From: Trueperaceae bacterium
Lineage (GTDB): Bacteria > Deinococcota > Deinococci > Deinococcales > Trueperaceae
DNA: 64,000 bases
Direction: 5' to 3'
Assembly (NCBI GenBank): GCA_965213925.1
Contig: OZ243927.1
Span: 3,296,001-3,360,000, forward strand
The notes under the pieces are model-generated. The model was not told the DNA's origin. It ran no database searches and saw nothing but the letters and a program-made list of their open reading frames with translations. Each line of letters opens with the position of its first letter. Positions within the stretch are counted from its first letter, which is position 1. Of the stretch, positions 11,004 through 21,133 are shown piece by piece. The translations under genes were made by a program, and so were the position numbers.

Positions 11004-11579
11004 CTAACGCTTACTCGGGCCCACCGGCACCGCAATCCTATACACGACCTCTTCAAGCACATTACCCGCCATCCCCTCGTCTACTCCTTCTGCAAAGATA
11101 ACGCCGCCCAAAGATTCGGGAATCTTGCGGCTCGGCAGGTTGCGCTTATCCACGGGATAGATGAACGACTCGAGCCTCATCCTCTCCTGCGCCCATAGCG
11201 CGAGGGTGCGAATCGCCTCTCGCCCCAACCCTCTACCGTGCGCCGACCTCTTGAGCCAGATACCGAACTCGGGGTTTTTCACGCCGCTACGCCCATGCAA
11301 GCCGCAGCAGCCGAGAAATTCGTCCGTTTGCTTGTCCAAGATGACGAAGACGAGGTTGTCTGCTCTACCGAATCCCTCTAAGCTCGAGTCGATAAACGCT
11401 CGCGTCTCTTCGATGGTATCGGCAGCTTTTGGAATCATGTACGTCGCGATGTCGCTCGTAAATTCCTCGAAGATGTTTTGCTCATAGGCTCTCGAAATAC
11501 TGACCAAGCGGACGCGCTCGCCCTCGATAGAGAGGTTAGCTAGGTCAGGTTGAGTGCCGATAAATTCGAACTTAGTCAT
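11004..11579 (-). CDS. GNAT (RimJ/RimL-type) acetyltransferase
   Basis: EFGIWLKRSAHGRGLGREA, NLPSRKIPESLGG. Confidence 0.85.
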   Translation of the reverse strand: MTKFEFIGTQPDLANLSIEGERVRLVSISRAYEQNIFEEFTSDIATYMIPKAADTIEETRAFIDSSLEGFGRADNLVFVILDKQTDEFLGCCGLHGRSGVKNPEFGIWLKRSAHGRGLGREAIRTLALWAQERMRLESFIYPVDKRNLPSRKIPESLGGVIFAEGVDEGMAGNVLEEVVYRIAVPVGPSKR

Positions 11580-11617
11580 CAGTTTAATTTAGCAATCTGG
11601 GGTTTGGTAACACTGAG

Positions 11618-11824
11618 TTAAGCGGCGGTGGAATCAGGCGGCACAGCCTCGAGCAGGGCTCGCAGGGCTTTATTGACCGATTCGGACGTTTTGAACACTT
11701 TCGATAAGTCTTCGTCGAGCACAACCACGGTGCGTTCACCTACGGCGAAACGGTTGGGTTTGGCGTTGCTGTAGTCAAACTCGTATTCGGGTAAAAGGTC
11801 ATCTTTGTCAGAAGGCGTGTTCAT
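11618..11824 (-). CDS. BrnA-like antitoxin
   Basis: LLPEYEFDYSNAKPNRFA..VVLDEDLSKVF..SESVNKALRAL; directly downstream of BrnT-like gene. Confidence 0.8.
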   Translation of the reverse strand: MNTPSDKDDLLPEYEFDYSNAKPNRFAVGERTVVVLDEDLSKVFKTSESVNKALRALLEAVPPDSTAA

Positions 11825-12084
11825 AGTCCTTTCTCTCGTTTCGCGTGGCTTTCCTTGCGCTGATAATACGGATTCGCTTTTAAGCGTTCAGTAAAGCTAA
11901 CGAGTAGCAAACGACCTTTCTGAGAATGACCGATGATGATTTCGCGGTTTTCCTCGTCCGAGTGCGCTTCGTCGCTAAAAATAACGGCTAGAGGATTGAA
12001 AAAGACAGACTTAGCTTCTTCAAAACTGACATCGTGTTTAGCCTGATTGGACGTTGCTTTACCGTCGTCCCACTCGAATTCCAC
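11808..12084 (-). pseudogene. BrnT-family toxin, frameshifted at the A4 run 11878-11881 (or sequencing error)
   Basis: MEFEWDDGKATSNQAKHDVSFEEAKSVF...; the family C-terminal motif RIRIISARKATRNERKDYE is present only in the shifted frame. Confidence 0.75.
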
Positions 12085-12132
12085 AACAGTATTATAACGC
12101 CCAGGTGCGAAGTTGGAAGAAGTTGCGCTCAA

Positions 12133-12489
12133 CTAGCGCTCGCTCGAGCCCTCCTCGACCTCTTCAAGTTCACCAGGCTCACCCTCCAGACTCGCCATCT
12201 CCTCCAAAAGCACGTCCAACTCTTCCCCTTCATAGTCTGTCACGGTCTCCGCGATGAGGTCTAGCGCGGCTTGCGCTTGCGCTTCGGGTACGAGCACGAG
12301 CGTTGTCTCGGTTGTATAGGCACCGAGAGACGCCAGCATGTCCGCTGCCACCCCTCCCGCGCCGCGCACCATCGCCACAAAGCCCTCTTCCTCTAAAATC
12401 GCCGCGACCATCTCGGCAAGAGGTTCGGCGGGCGCAACGTCTACCACCGTCCAGGTGTCGCCGTTGATGAGCGTGCTCTCCCCTTTCAC
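12133..12489 (-). CDS. DUF2007-like small acidic protein
   Basis: AEMVAAILEEEGF..VLVPEAQAQAALDLI pattern; 4-nt overlap with upstream peptidase. Confidence 0.65.
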   Translation of the reverse strand: MKGESTLINGDTWTVVDVAPAEPLAEMVAAILEEEGFVAMVRGAGGVAADMLASLGAYTTETTLVLVPEAQAQAALDLIAETVTDYEGEELDVLLEEMASLEGEPGELEEVEEGSSER

Positions 12490-13634
12490 GCTTTACCCAT
12501 ATACGCGCGAACGAGCGCGGCGTACCCTTTGCGGGCGACGCGCAGATGCTCCAGCGGGATACTCTCTTGCGTCGTGTGCGCGAGTTCTTCTTCGCCGGGA
12601 CCGAAGCCGACGACGACCGCGCCCATCTTGGCCAAGTGCGGCGCGTCCGTACCGAACCACCAGCTCGACTCGTCGTACTGGGCGTCTTCATCCGCCAAGA
12701 CCTCTTTCAACACCTGCCGCGCCGTATTGACGTGCGCGTTTTCGCCCGGCGCGAGGTAGGGCGGGATGATGCGCGGGAACGCGTAGCGGACCTCTTCGCT
12801 TTCGCTCACGGCGTTCTCGGTGGGGATGTGGAAGCTCGCGTCGGGCTCTAAAGCTTGCAAGCGCTTCAAGACCGCTTCGGGCTCGTCGTCGGGGAGGTTG
12901 CGGTAGTCAATCGTCAGTTCGGCGCGTCCCGGCACGACATTTTTACCGTCTTGTGGGTAAGAGGTGAGATGGGTAGGCGTGAGCGTGGAGGAGCCCAAGG
13001 GACCGCCGGAGGGTAGCTCGAGCCCCTCTAAGCGCGTCAAGAGGTGTGAGGCGTGGTAGAGCGCGTTGTCGCCGAGTTCATTTTTCGCCGCGTGCGCGAT
13101 TTTGCCAGGCAGCTTGACCTCGACTTCGACGCGCCCGCGGTGCCCTAGCATCAGCCGCAGCTTGCTCGGCTCGCCTAAAATCACCACGTCGGCTTGCACC
13201 GTCTCACCCAAAAAGCGTGCGCCTAAGCCGCCGACCTCTTCTTGCACCACGCCTGTGACCATCAGCGTGCCTCCAATCTCGTCAGCGACGTCTTTCGCCG
13301 CGTAGACCATGCACGCCAATGCGGACTTCATGTCACACGCGCCGCGCCCCCACATGCGCCCGTCTTTGACTTCACCCGACAGGGGCGGATGCGGCCACAA
13401 TTCCTCGTCACCCAAAGGTACGGTGTCGATGTGACCGTTCAGCATGACCGTAGGACCGTCGCCGCGCCGCAGCGTGCCGATGGCATTGCCCGCGTTGTCG
13501 ATATACGCCTCGTCGAAACCTAGCGACTCAAAGGCTTCGATAAGGACCTGCGCGGCAGGGGATTCTTTACCCGAGGGACTCGCCGCCTGGACGAGTTTTT
13601 GTGCCAACTGGAGTTCAGCATTTGACGTTGTCAT
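12486..13634 (-). CDS. M20 family metallopeptidase/deacylase (ArgE/DapE-like)
   Basis: NGHIDTVP, GRGACDMK, QEEVGG, GEPS, FGPGEEELAHT; start set at ATG 13634. Confidence 0.9.
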   Translation of the reverse strand: MTTSNAELQLAQKLVQAASPSGKESPAAQVLIEAFESLGFDEAYIDNAGNAIGTLRRGDGPTVMLNGHIDTVPLGDEELWPHPPLSGEVKDGRMWGRGACDMKSALACMVYAAKDVADEIGGTLMVTGVVQEEVGGLGARFLGETVQADVVILGEPSKLRLMLGHRGRVEVEVKLPGKIAHAAKNELGDNALYHASHLLTRLEGLELPSGGPLGSSTLTPTHLTSYPQDGKNVVPGRAELTIDYRNLPDDEPEAVLKRLQALEPDASFHIPTENAVSESEEVRYAFPRIIPPYLAPGENAHVNTARQVLKEVLADEDAQYDESSWWFGTDAPHLAKMGAVVVGFGPGEEELAHTTQESIPLEHLRVARKGYAALVRAYMGKA

Positions 13635-13703
13635 GCGCCCATCATACGAGAAAAATCCTGTGTTAGCTCCCGCAGCGAAGTAACGGTGTGTCATAGTGGG
13701 GTC

Positions 13704-14672
13704 ATGTCTGAGCACACGTCTTACCGGCGTATCCTTGCAATCATCAACCCTGTGTCGGGGCTGCAAGACCCCGACGATACCGAAGCGGTGCTCAACGAGC
13801 GGGCGCGAGAGGCTGGCGTTGACCTGGAGATTCGCCGCACGCAGGGGGACGGGGACGCCCTGAAGTGGGCTAAAGGAGCCGAACGTGAGGGCTTCGATTT
13901 GGTACTTGCCTCGGGCGGTGACGGCACCATTGTCGAGGCGATTACAGGGCTCGTTAAGAGCAAAAGCAATATTCCGCTCGCGCAGCTTCCTACAGGTACG
14001 GCGAGCCTCATCGCGCAGGCGCTCGGCATCTCGCGCAACTTAGATAAAGCTGTCGAGGTCATCTTTGGCGACCAGAGCAAGACCGTTGACCTAGATGTAG
14101 GCTACTTACCCCAGCATGACCGCTACTTCGCCCTCATCATCGGCGCAGGCTACGACGCGCGCATCATCGAGGACTCGCCGCGCGGCTTGAAGCGGCGGCT
14201 CGGTTTCATCGCCTACGTGCTCGTCGGCATCAAGCAACTTTTCAGCCTGCGCAAGACGAACATCACCTTGGAGATCGACGGCGAAGTCAAGAAGGTGCAG
14301 GCGCATACGGCGATGATCGTGAACGTCGGACGCATCGACGACGCGAACGTCATGTTAGGTCCCAACATCTGGCACCACGACGGCACGCTCGACGTGGTTG
14401 TGGTCGCCTCGGTCGGGCTGCGCGACATCTTGCGGCTCACCTGGCGCGTGCTGCGCGGCGACTTCTCCAACTACCGCGACCTGCGTTACTACAAGGGGCA
14501 TAAAATACGCATCAGCGCCGAAACGCCGCTGCCCACGCAAATCGACGGCGACCCTTTGGGGCAGACGCCCTTAGAAGTCGAGGTCGTGCCGAACGGCGTC
14601 AAGATGCTCGTGCCTGACCATTACGAGCCCAGAGCGGGCGCAGAAGAGGCAGTTCGCCAGGCGGCTGACTAA
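13704..14672 (+). CDS. Diacylglycerol/lipid kinase family protein
   Basis: IINPVSG, SGGDGT, LPTGT, QIDGD. Confidence 0.9.
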   Translation: MSEHTSYRRILAIINPVSGLQDPDDTEAVLNERAREAGVDLEIRRTQGDGDALKWAKGAEREGFDLVLASGGDGTIVEAITGLVKSKSNIPLAQLPTGTASLIAQALGISRNLDKAVEVIFGDQSKTVDLDVGYLPQHDRYFALIIGAGYDARIIEDSPRGLKRRLGFIAYVLVGIKQLFSLRKTNITLEIDGEVKKVQAHTAMIVNVGRIDDANVMLGPNIWHHDGTLDVVVVASVGLRDILRLTWRVLRGDFSNYRDLRYYKGHKIRISAETPLPTQIDGDPLGQTPLEVEVVPNGVKMLVPDHYEPRAGAEEAVRQAAD

Positions 14673-15001
14673 GGACCTTCTGTTTCCGTCGGTCCCGACC
14701 AACGGTAGCGCTCCAGGTCGCAGCGTCCTTCCCGGTCGAAAGTGACGCCCTCGGATTCCAAAAGCGCCCGCTGCAACTCGCCCGCGCCGACCTTATACGT
14801 CGAGATGCCGCCCTGCGCGTTGATGACGCGCTGCCAGGGCACTTCGTTTTCACGTAAACCGTGCAACACGCCGCCAACTTGCCGCGCCGCTCTGGGACTG
14901 CCCGCTAGAAGGGCGATTTGCCCGTATGTCGCCACCTTGCCCTTTGGCACGGCACATACGAGCGCGATGACCCGTTCGCGAAAGCTTGCTGCCTTTTGCA
15001 C
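14669..15001 (-). CDS. Alkyltransferase-like protein (ATL/YbaZ type)
   Basis: GKVATYGQIA, ARQVG, VPWQRV (Trp in place of the MGMT catalytic Cys). Confidence 0.9.
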   Translation of the reverse strand: MQKAASFRERVIALVCAVPKGKVATYGQIALLAGSPRAARQVGGVLHGLRENEVPWQRVINAQGGISTYKVGAGELQRALLESEGVTFDREGRCDLERYRWSGPTETEGP

Positions 15002-15111
15002 ACCTTCACCTTAACGCATTCTCTTCGGCGCGTCGCTTCAGGGCTCGAGAACGCGCCACACCACGCATTTTTACCCTTAACGTGCGCGTCATAATGGAGG
15101 TGGAGGGCAAG

Positions 15112-15363
15112 ATGATACAAACACTCATAGGCGTCGCCGTTCTTCTCGTCGGCGGCTACTTTCTCTTCCTCGGCGTTCGCCGCAGCACGCATGAGGGCGC
15201 GGACCAACAAAAAGGCTTTCTAGGACGCTTTGGCACGTTGATGGTGGGCATTCTCATCGTCCTCGTCGGAATCGCGCTCGTGGTACCCGCTCAAAACTCC
15301 GAGCCCGTGCCGGACAGCGAGACCCCTAACTCTAGCCTCGAGCTAAACTCACCTTTCACCTAA
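15112..15363 (+). CDS. Small two-TM membrane protein
   Basis: GGAGG RBS, two hydrophobic helices. Confidence 0.6.
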   Translation: MIQTLIGVAVLLVGGYFLFLGVRRSTHEGADQQKGFLGRFGTLMVGILIVLVGIALVVPAQNSEPVPDSETPNSSLELNSPFT

Positions 15364-15364
15364 G

Positions 15365-15544
15365 ATGATTCCCGAGCGCGTCCTCTTCGTCAGCTCACTT
15401 ATTTTCTTAGTCGGCGTTTTGATGGTCACGCTGGCTATCTTCGAAGGCGTGAGGGAGCGCTACCCTAAAATCATCCTGCACGGCTTTTTGCTCGCTATCT
15501 CGAGCTTTGTTATCGTCGCCGTGTCCGCGTTCCTTTCCGTTTAG
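15365..15544 (+). CDS. 59-aa two-TM membrane protein (not in ORF track)
   Basis: MIPERVLFVSSLIFLVGVLMVTLAIFEGVRERYPKIILHGFLLAISSFVIVAVSAFLSV; starts 1 nt after previous stop. Confidence 0.6.
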   Translation: MIPERVLFVSSLIFLVGVLMVTLAIFEGVRERYPKIILHGFLLAISSFVIVAVSAFLSV

Positions 15545-15683
15545 CCGTTCCACCTCGGTATTCTCAGATAGGGCGGCATTGTCGGATAAGGCGCATTGTC
15601 AGATAAGGCGAAGTCACGCCCCGCTTAGAGGACTACGCTAGAGAGGTCAACACTATTACGCACTTTTTCAAGGGGGGACTGTG

Positions 15684-16223
15684 ATGAACCAGCCAACGCC
15701 GCGTCAGGAAGCGCCTGACCTCTCGTTCAATCTCGTTAGCGGTGAGACGTGGAACCTGAGCGACCAGTCGCCTGAGGCTTTTACGATGATCATCTTTTAC
15801 CGCGGCCTACACTGCCCGGTCTGCAAAGGCTATTCGCAGAAGGCGCAGAACTTGCTGAGCGACTATAAGGAGCGCGGCGTCGAGGTCGTCACGGTCAGTA
15901 TGGACGACGAGGACCGCGCCAAGAAGACGGCTGACGAGTGGGAGCTTAACGACTTAAAGGTCGGTTACGGGCTCAGCGAAGCGCAAGCGCAAGCCTGGGG
16001 GCTCTACTTCAGCGAAGGCATCAAAGACCCCGAACCCGACCTCTTTAGCGAGCCGGGGCTCTTTTTAGTACGCCCAAACGGGGAACTTTATTACGCCGCA
16101 GTCAACAGTATGCCCTTCGGCAGACCTGACCTAAATGAGATGCTTAAAGCGGTTGACTTTGTGCAGGAGAAGGATTATCCGGCGAGGGGTGAGGCTGAAC
16201 TGGGAGCTGTTGCAACCAACTAA
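15684..16223 (+). CDS. Peroxiredoxin-like AhpC/TSA family protein
   Basis: FYRGLHCPVC, FSEPGLFLV, MPFGRP. Confidence 0.9.
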   Translation: MNQPTPRQEAPDLSFNLVSGETWNLSDQSPEAFTMIIFYRGLHCPVCKGYSQKAQNLLSDYKERGVEVVTVSMDDEDRAKKTADEWELNDLKVGYGLSEAQAQAWGLYFSEGIKDPEPDLFSEPGLFLVRPNGELYYAAVNSMPFGRPDLNEMLKAVDFVQEKDYPARGEAELGAVATN

Positions 16224-16253
16224 ACAACGCTCGAGTAAGGCCCTAAATGATGA

Positions 16254-16352
16254 ACGATTCCATACTTAATTTTGAATGAGTACTTAGAAGAGCACGACCT
16301 CACCGCTTATAAACTGGCGCAGAAAACAGAAGGTCAAAGCCAACGTTCTGTA
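16254..16352 (+). pseudogene. Remnant of an Xre/Cro-type HTH protein N-terminus
   Basis: LNEYLEEHDLTAYKLAQKTEG resembles an HTH start; no proper start codon, truncated. Confidence 0.4.
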
Positions 16353-16409
16353 CATCCTCCACAATCTCATGCTAAACTCACCTCAGCTAAACACTTTGAG
16401 GAGAGTTAC

Positions 16410-16826
16410 ATGAAGCGACTTTACGCCCTGTCTCTGACCTTTGTTCTAACCGTTTTAGCTGCGTGTGCCCCCGCCGCAGGTCGCCCCGCAATCCCTTATG
16501 TAGCTCAGTCATCTGACATTGTTGGCGCAGCCGCACAGTTCGGTCCGCAGCTCAGACCGGGCGGCGCATATAACTTTTTGAGCATTGAAACTATCGGGGA
16601 TAATTTTATCACCTTATCCGCAGATCAGACGACAGGCTCACAGATTTTAGGAGCGCTAGGTGGAAACAGTTCCACAACAATTCGCATTACGTTGACGACA
16701 GTGCAAAGCGGCGAGGTGACACAGGTTGCCATAAGTGGATTACCTAGAGGTAATTCCATTGCAAACAGAACACTCGACACTGTTATTCAGGAGCTAGACA
16801 GCCGTTTTCAGCGGGCTCCTCAGTAA
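16410..16826 (+). CDS. Lipoprotein, hypothetical, lower GC
   Basis: GAGGAG RBS, lipobox VLAAC. Confidence 0.75.
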   Translation: MKRLYALSLTFVLTVLAACAPAAGRPAIPYVAQSSDIVGAAAQFGPQLRPGGAYNFLSIETIGDNFITLSADQTTGSQILGALGGNSSTTIRITLTTVQSGEVTQVAISGLPRGNSIANRTLDTVIQELDSRFQRAPQ

Positions 16827-16859
16827 ATTTGGACAAAGCCTCTAAATGCAATCTTGTTC

Positions 16860-16890
16860 AGTGCGGAAGGATAAACTTCCGCACTTTCTC
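16860..16890 (+). terminator. Intrinsic terminator-like hairpin
   Basis: AGTGCGGAAG-GATAAA-CTTCCGCACT then TTCTC. Confidence 0.55.
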
Positions 16891-16990
16891 TATCTTCAAC
16901 CTCTTGCTACCTCTTTCTCGTACGGCTCTGCTAAACTACTAAAACAATGAACGACGCTTTACCTACTCAACAAACGAAACGAGCAGCCGC

Positions 16991-18325
16991 GTGAGAGCTT
17001 CCGTCATCACCTACGGCTGCCAGATGAACGAATATGACACCCACACCATCACCTCTGAGCTGGTGGCGGGCGGGCATCAGCTCGTAGACAGCCCGCAAGA
17101 CGCCAACCTCATCATCTTGAATACGTGCGCGGTGCGCGGCAAGCCCGTCGAGAAGGTCGTGACACTTTTAGGCGAACTGCGCAAAGAGAAGCGGGCAGGG
17201 CGCGACTTGACAGTAGGTCTCATGGGCTGCTTGGCGCAGTTAGACGAGGGTCAAGAGATCGCCGAGAAGTTCGAGGTGGACATCCTGATCGGTCCCGGCG
17301 CGATCACGGACGTCATCCCGGCGATCGACGCCATCGAAAAGGGACAGGAGCGCTTCCGCTCGTTAGACTTTAGCGACGCGCTCCACGAGGTCATCACGCC
17401 CGCGCCGCACACCTTGACGGGCTTTCTGACCATCATGCGCGGCTGCAACCACCACTGCACGTATTGCATCGTGCCGCAAACCAGAGGTCCCGAGGTGAGC
17501 CGCTCGGTGGAGTCGATCATGACCGAAGCGTTTGCTATGAAAGCGGCGGGCGTCCAGGAGATTTACCTCTTGGGGCAAAACGTCAACTCGTACGGGCTAG
17601 GAAGAGATGACCTGCCCTCCTTTGCCGAGCTGTTGCGCCTCGTCTCGAGCACAGGCATCCCCCGCGTCAAGTTCACTACTTCGCACCCGATGAACTTTAC
17701 CAGCGATGTCATTGACGCGATGGCGGAGACGCCGAACGTTTGCAACTACATCCATTTGCCCGTGCAGTCGGGTAGTGACAAGGTCTTGCGGCGCATGGCG
17801 AGGGAGTACCGCCGCGAACGCTATTTAGACATCATCCGCGAAATTAAAGACAAGGTCGAGGACGTGGTGATTTCTACGGATATCATCGTGGGCTTTCCCG
17901 GCGAGACGGAAGAGGATTTCGAGGGGACCTTGTCGCTTTACGAAGAGGTCCAGTACGACAGCGCGTACATGTTCATGTACTCCGCGCGCCCCGGCACGCC
18001 CTCGTACAAGCACTTTGACGACATGCCGCGCAAGGCGAAGACGGACCGGTTACAGCGTTTGATCGAACGGCAAAAAAGTTGGTCTTACGTCAAGAATCAG
18101 CGGTGGGTAGGGCGCGAGTTGAGAGTTTTAATCCGTGAGCCCGCGACCGATGGCGACTACGTCGTAGGTCACTCCGACCAGAACCACACGGTGTTAGTCC
18201 CGCGAGATCAAGTCAAAGAGATGGGGCTCTATACCGTCAACATTGATACGGCGACGCCACATACCCTTTACGGCACAGCGAAGGGTCACAAGGTCGAGAC
18301 CGTCCCGCTCATGATGGCGGGATGA
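16991..18325 (+). CDS. miaB: tRNA methylthiotransferase MiaB
   Basis: [60 protein letters not shown] tail. Confidence 0.95.
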   Translation: MRASVITYGCQMNEYDTHTITSELVAGGHQLVDSPQDANLIILNTCAVRGKPVEKVVTLLGELRKEKRAGRDLTVGLMGCLAQLDEGQEIAEKFEVDILIGPGAITDVIPAIDAIEKGQERFRSLDFSDALHEVITPAPHTLTGFLTIMRGCNHHCTYCIVPQTRGPEVSRSVESIMTEAFAMKAAGVQEIYLLGQNVNSYGLGRDDLPSFAELLRLVSSTGIPRVKFTTSHPMNFTSDVIDAMAETPNVCNYIHLPVQSGSDKVLRRMAREYRRERYLDIIREIKDKVEDVVISTDIIVGFPGETEEDFEGTLSLYEEVQYDSAYMFMYSARPGTPSYKHFDDMPRKAKTDRLQRLIERQKSWSYVKNQRWVGRELRVLIREPATDGDYVVGHSDQNHTVLVPRDQVKEMGLYTVNIDTATPHTLYGTAKGHKVETVPLMMAG

Positions 18326-18401
18326 AGCTGTTGGCTTTTAGCTAAAACCTAATCGCTAACAGCTAAGAGCCCCTGCGAAGCGTTGCAAGCTAGCGACTCT
18401 C

Positions 18402-18863
18402 ATGAATCAAACCAATAACGAAACTATCTCTCGAGACTTTACCGCCACCACCTTCGTCGTGTGGCGCAATCAGGTACTTTTGCACTGGCACAAGAAGTCG
18501 CAGGCGTGGTTTCCGTGCGGCGGGCATATCGAAAAGGACGAGCTGCCCGATGAGGCGGCGGTGCGTGAGGTCTTGGAGGAGTCGGGCGTGGCGGTTGAGC
18601 TTGTGGGAGAGAAGACGTTGAACGTGAACGAGCCTAAGCAGCTTGTGAGACCGAGAGGGGTGCAGTTAGAAACCATCGCAAGAGGTCACGAACACATCGA
18701 CCTCATCTACTTCGCGAGACCTGTAGCGGGCTACGAGGGTACGCTACTCGAGACCGACCCCAGCTTGGGCTGGTATGCTCGGGCGGACTTGGCTAAGCTC
18801 GAGCTGACCGAAGAGATTCAGCAGTGGACGGCGCTCGCTTTAGCGGAACTCGCCTCCAGGTAA
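18402..18863 (+). CDS. NUDIX hydrolase
   Basis: GGHIEKDELPDEAAVREVLEESG Nudix box. Confidence 0.9.
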   Translation: MNQTNNETISRDFTATTFVVWRNQVLLHWHKKSQAWFPCGGHIEKDELPDEAAVREVLEESGVAVELVGEKTLNVNEPKQLVRPRGVQLETIARGHEHIDLIYFARPVAGYEGTLLETDPSLGWYARADLAKLELTEEIQQWTALALAELASR

Positions 18864-18902
18864 GTCCGCATGAACATATTCTGTATGGACACATGAGGTG
18901 CT

Positions 18903-19985
18903 ATGGACCGTAAAGCTTTGTTACCCCTGCGCCCCGACGCCCTTCCTCTCACTAAGCGCGGAGCGCACGGTGTCGGCGTCGTTACCGAGACGTTCTTCGA
19001 CGAAAGCCGCGACAGACCTCTTACGGTAGAATGCTGGTATCCAGCCGAGGTGCCAGAAGGCACGCGAGAAGCGACGGAGTATGGTCCCGTCTCCTGGCAC
19101 GGTCTCAGCGAGCAGGTGAGCTTCGCAGGTCGGGCGCTCAGGAATAGAGAACCCCACACGCAAGGTGCGCCGACGGTGATTTATGCGCACGGCGCGCCGG
19201 GCTCGAGGCTCCAAGCCACCTACTTGTGCGAGCATCTCGCTTCGCACGGCTTTTTCGTATGCGCAGTTGACTTTACCGCCACGACCTATGGAGACTTCGA
19301 CAGTCAAGCCTATATCTCCGGGCTCATAGACCGACCTCTCGATGTCTCGTTTGTGCTGGACGAACTCGAGAAGAGGTTCAGGGGTGCGGCGAAGACAGCG
19401 CACGCCGCGATCGTCGGTTACTCGTTTGGCGGTTATACGGCGCTGGCGAGTTGCGGTGCTGGCTTCGACTTCGAGCAGCTTAAAGCGCACTCGAACCGGC
19501 GGGATAACATCGGCTACGCGCTGGGCTTTCGGGACCGGCTCGAGCCCGCCAGAGGCAAGCAGAAGGGCTGGCAGGGCGACGCGCGGCTTAAAGCCGCCTT
19601 CGTCATGGCTTCTTGGAACGCGCCCATCTTAGAGCTTGCGCAGGTTTCGGTGCCGCTCTTCGTTGCGGTAGGCGAATACGACGATGTTGCGCCGCTAGGA
19701 CGTGACTCGAGGCGCATCTTCGAGCACGTTTCATCGGAAGAGGTCTACCTGATGGTCTTTGAGCGCGGCGGTCACAACCTCTTCACCAATCCTGGCTTGC
19801 CCGAGTCGCGGCTGAATGAGGAGGCGTGGGCGCACGTGAGCGACGCTGTATGGGACAAAGAGCGCGTGGGCGACCTCATCAAACATGCCGCGCTCGGCTT
19901 TTTGCAGCGTCATCTGTTGGAGCAAGTGAACGGAGCTACCGAACGCCTCAATAACGTGCCGGGGGTGAAGTTGGAGACGCGCTGA
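18903..19985 (+). CDS. Alpha/beta hydrolase (PAF-AH/dienelactone hydrolase-like)
   Basis: EHLASHGF, DRPLDVSFVLD, GYSFGG nucleophile elbow, GGHN. Confidence 0.85.
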   Translation: MDRKALLPLRPDALPLTKRGAHGVGVVTETFFDESRDRPLTVECWYPAEVPEGTREATEYGPVSWHGLSEQVSFAGRALRNREPHTQGAPTVIYAHGAPGSRLQATYLCEHLASHGFFVCAVDFTATTYGDFDSQAYISGLIDRPLDVSFVLDELEKRFRGAAKTAHAAIVGYSFGGYTALASCGAGFDFEQLKAHSNRRDNIGYALGFRDRLEPARGKQKGWQGDARLKAAFVMASWNAPILELAQVSVPLFVAVGEYDDVAPLGRDSRRIFEHVSSEEVYLMVFERGGHNLFTNPGLPESRLNEEAWAHVSDAVWDKERVGDLIKHAALGFLQRHLLEQVNGATERLNNVPGVKLETR

Positions 19986-20168
19986 CGTGAAGGGCGAAGC
20001 GTTAGCGTAGAGGAGAACGCAGAGTAGCGGAGGCGGAGGGATGACTTGCCACTCTCCCTTCTGCCCTCTACTTTGCGAGGCTCGAGACTTGACACAGCAT
20101 ACCCGGACTTTATAAAATCATGTTTGCGCGTTTCGCGCACGGAACCGTCCTCGCATGACCCGTTTTAT

Positions 20169-20239
20169 TGCCCCATCGTCTAACGGCAGGACACCGGATT
20201 TTGGTTCCGTTGATCGAGGTTCGAATCCTCGTGGGGCAG
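20169..20239 (+). tRNA. tRNA-Gln(TTG), CCA not encoded
   Basis: TGCCCCA/TGGGGCA acceptor stem, anticodon loop TT-TTG-GT, GTTCGAATC T-loop; TTGACA and TAAAAT promoter boxes upstream. Confidence 0.95.
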
Positions 20240-20246
20240 TTATAAG

Positions 20247-20286
20247 GAGCTACGCTTATAACTCAAGCGTAGCTCTCTTCTTTTTC
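20247..20286 (+). terminator. tRNA terminator
   Basis: GAGCTACGCTT-7nt-AAGCGTAGCTC then T-rich tract. Confidence 0.75.
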
Positions 20287-20349
20287 CCCTTGCCTTTCTC
20301 GGCGTAACCCTCTACACTTTGAGAAGACATGCAAACTTTGGGGGGAAGC

Positions 20350-20568
20350 ATGATCACGTTCAACTTTATTTTAGGCGTTCTTCTTATCGTTCTAGGTGTA
20401 GCTTCGCTCATCTACGCGCTCAGAGCAAATAAGCCGGGCAAAGCGATGATCGGCGGGGGTGGCGCGGGCATCTTCGTGATGCTGGGCTTCGCTTTTTTCG
20501 CGATGGGGAGCCTTCTCTTTATCTTCGGAATATTAGGGCGCTATTCAGATACCGGGCTCGGCATGTAA
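20350..20568 (+). CDS. Small two-TM membrane protein
   Basis: Two hydrophobic helices, G-rich RBS. Confidence 0.6.
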   Translation: MITFNFILGVLLIVLGVASLIYALRANKPGKAMIGGGGAGIFVMLGFAFFAMGSLLFIFGILGRYSDTGLGM

Positions 20569-20653
20569 AATTGGCATGTGAAACACGCAGTTCGCATTCG
20601 GTTTCGTAGGCCCTAGACTACACACAGCCGCGCGAGCCCGCTATACTCACCTC

Positions 20654-21133
20654 ATGGCTCAACCTAAAACATCCGTCGAATCTTTTAACTTAGACCACAC
20701 CAAAGTCCGCGCGCCCTACGTCCGCTTGGCGGGGCGCTACACTGGACCCAAGGGGGACGAGGTGCGCAAGTTCGATTTGCGCCTCGTGCAGCCTAACCAA
20801 GCCGAAGTGCCCACCGCCGCGCTGCACACCATCGAGCACCTCATGGCGGGCTATCTACGCGACGAACTCGGCGACACCATCGTCGACGCGAGCCCGATGG
20901 GGTGTCGCACTGGCTTTTACCTCACCGCGCTAGGCACGCCGAGCGAAGAGGAGGTCCAGCAGGCGCTCGGTCACGCGCTTAGGGCAATCACCGAGCACGA
21001 CGGACCGATTCCGGGCTGTAGCGAGCTGGAATGCGGCAACTACCGCGATCATTCTCTCTTAGGCGCAAAGGCGTGGGCTGAGGATATCCTTAAACGGGAT
21101 ATCATCGTGCAGCCCACGATTCCGCTGAGCTAG
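20654..21133 (+). CDS. luxS: S-ribosylhomocysteine lyase
   Basis: VESFNLDHTKVRAPYVR, LHTIEHL, SPMGCRTGFY, CGNYRDHSL. Confidence 0.97.
   Translation: MAQPKTSVESFNLDHTKVRAPYVRLAGRYTGPKGDEVRKFDLRLVQPNQAEVPTAALHTIEHLMAGYLRDELGDTIVDASPMGCRTGFYLTALGTPSEEEVQQALGHALRAITEHDGPIPGCSELECGNYRDHSLLGAKAWAEDILKRDIIVQPTIPLS

Noticed and set aside
14669..15001. Active O6-methylguanine methyltransferase (ogt)
   Set aside because: PWQR replaces the catalytic PCHR, so it is ATL-type
20169..20568. tRNA-Gln as an integration site
   Set aside because: No integrase, and no duplicated tRNA 3' end seen in the window
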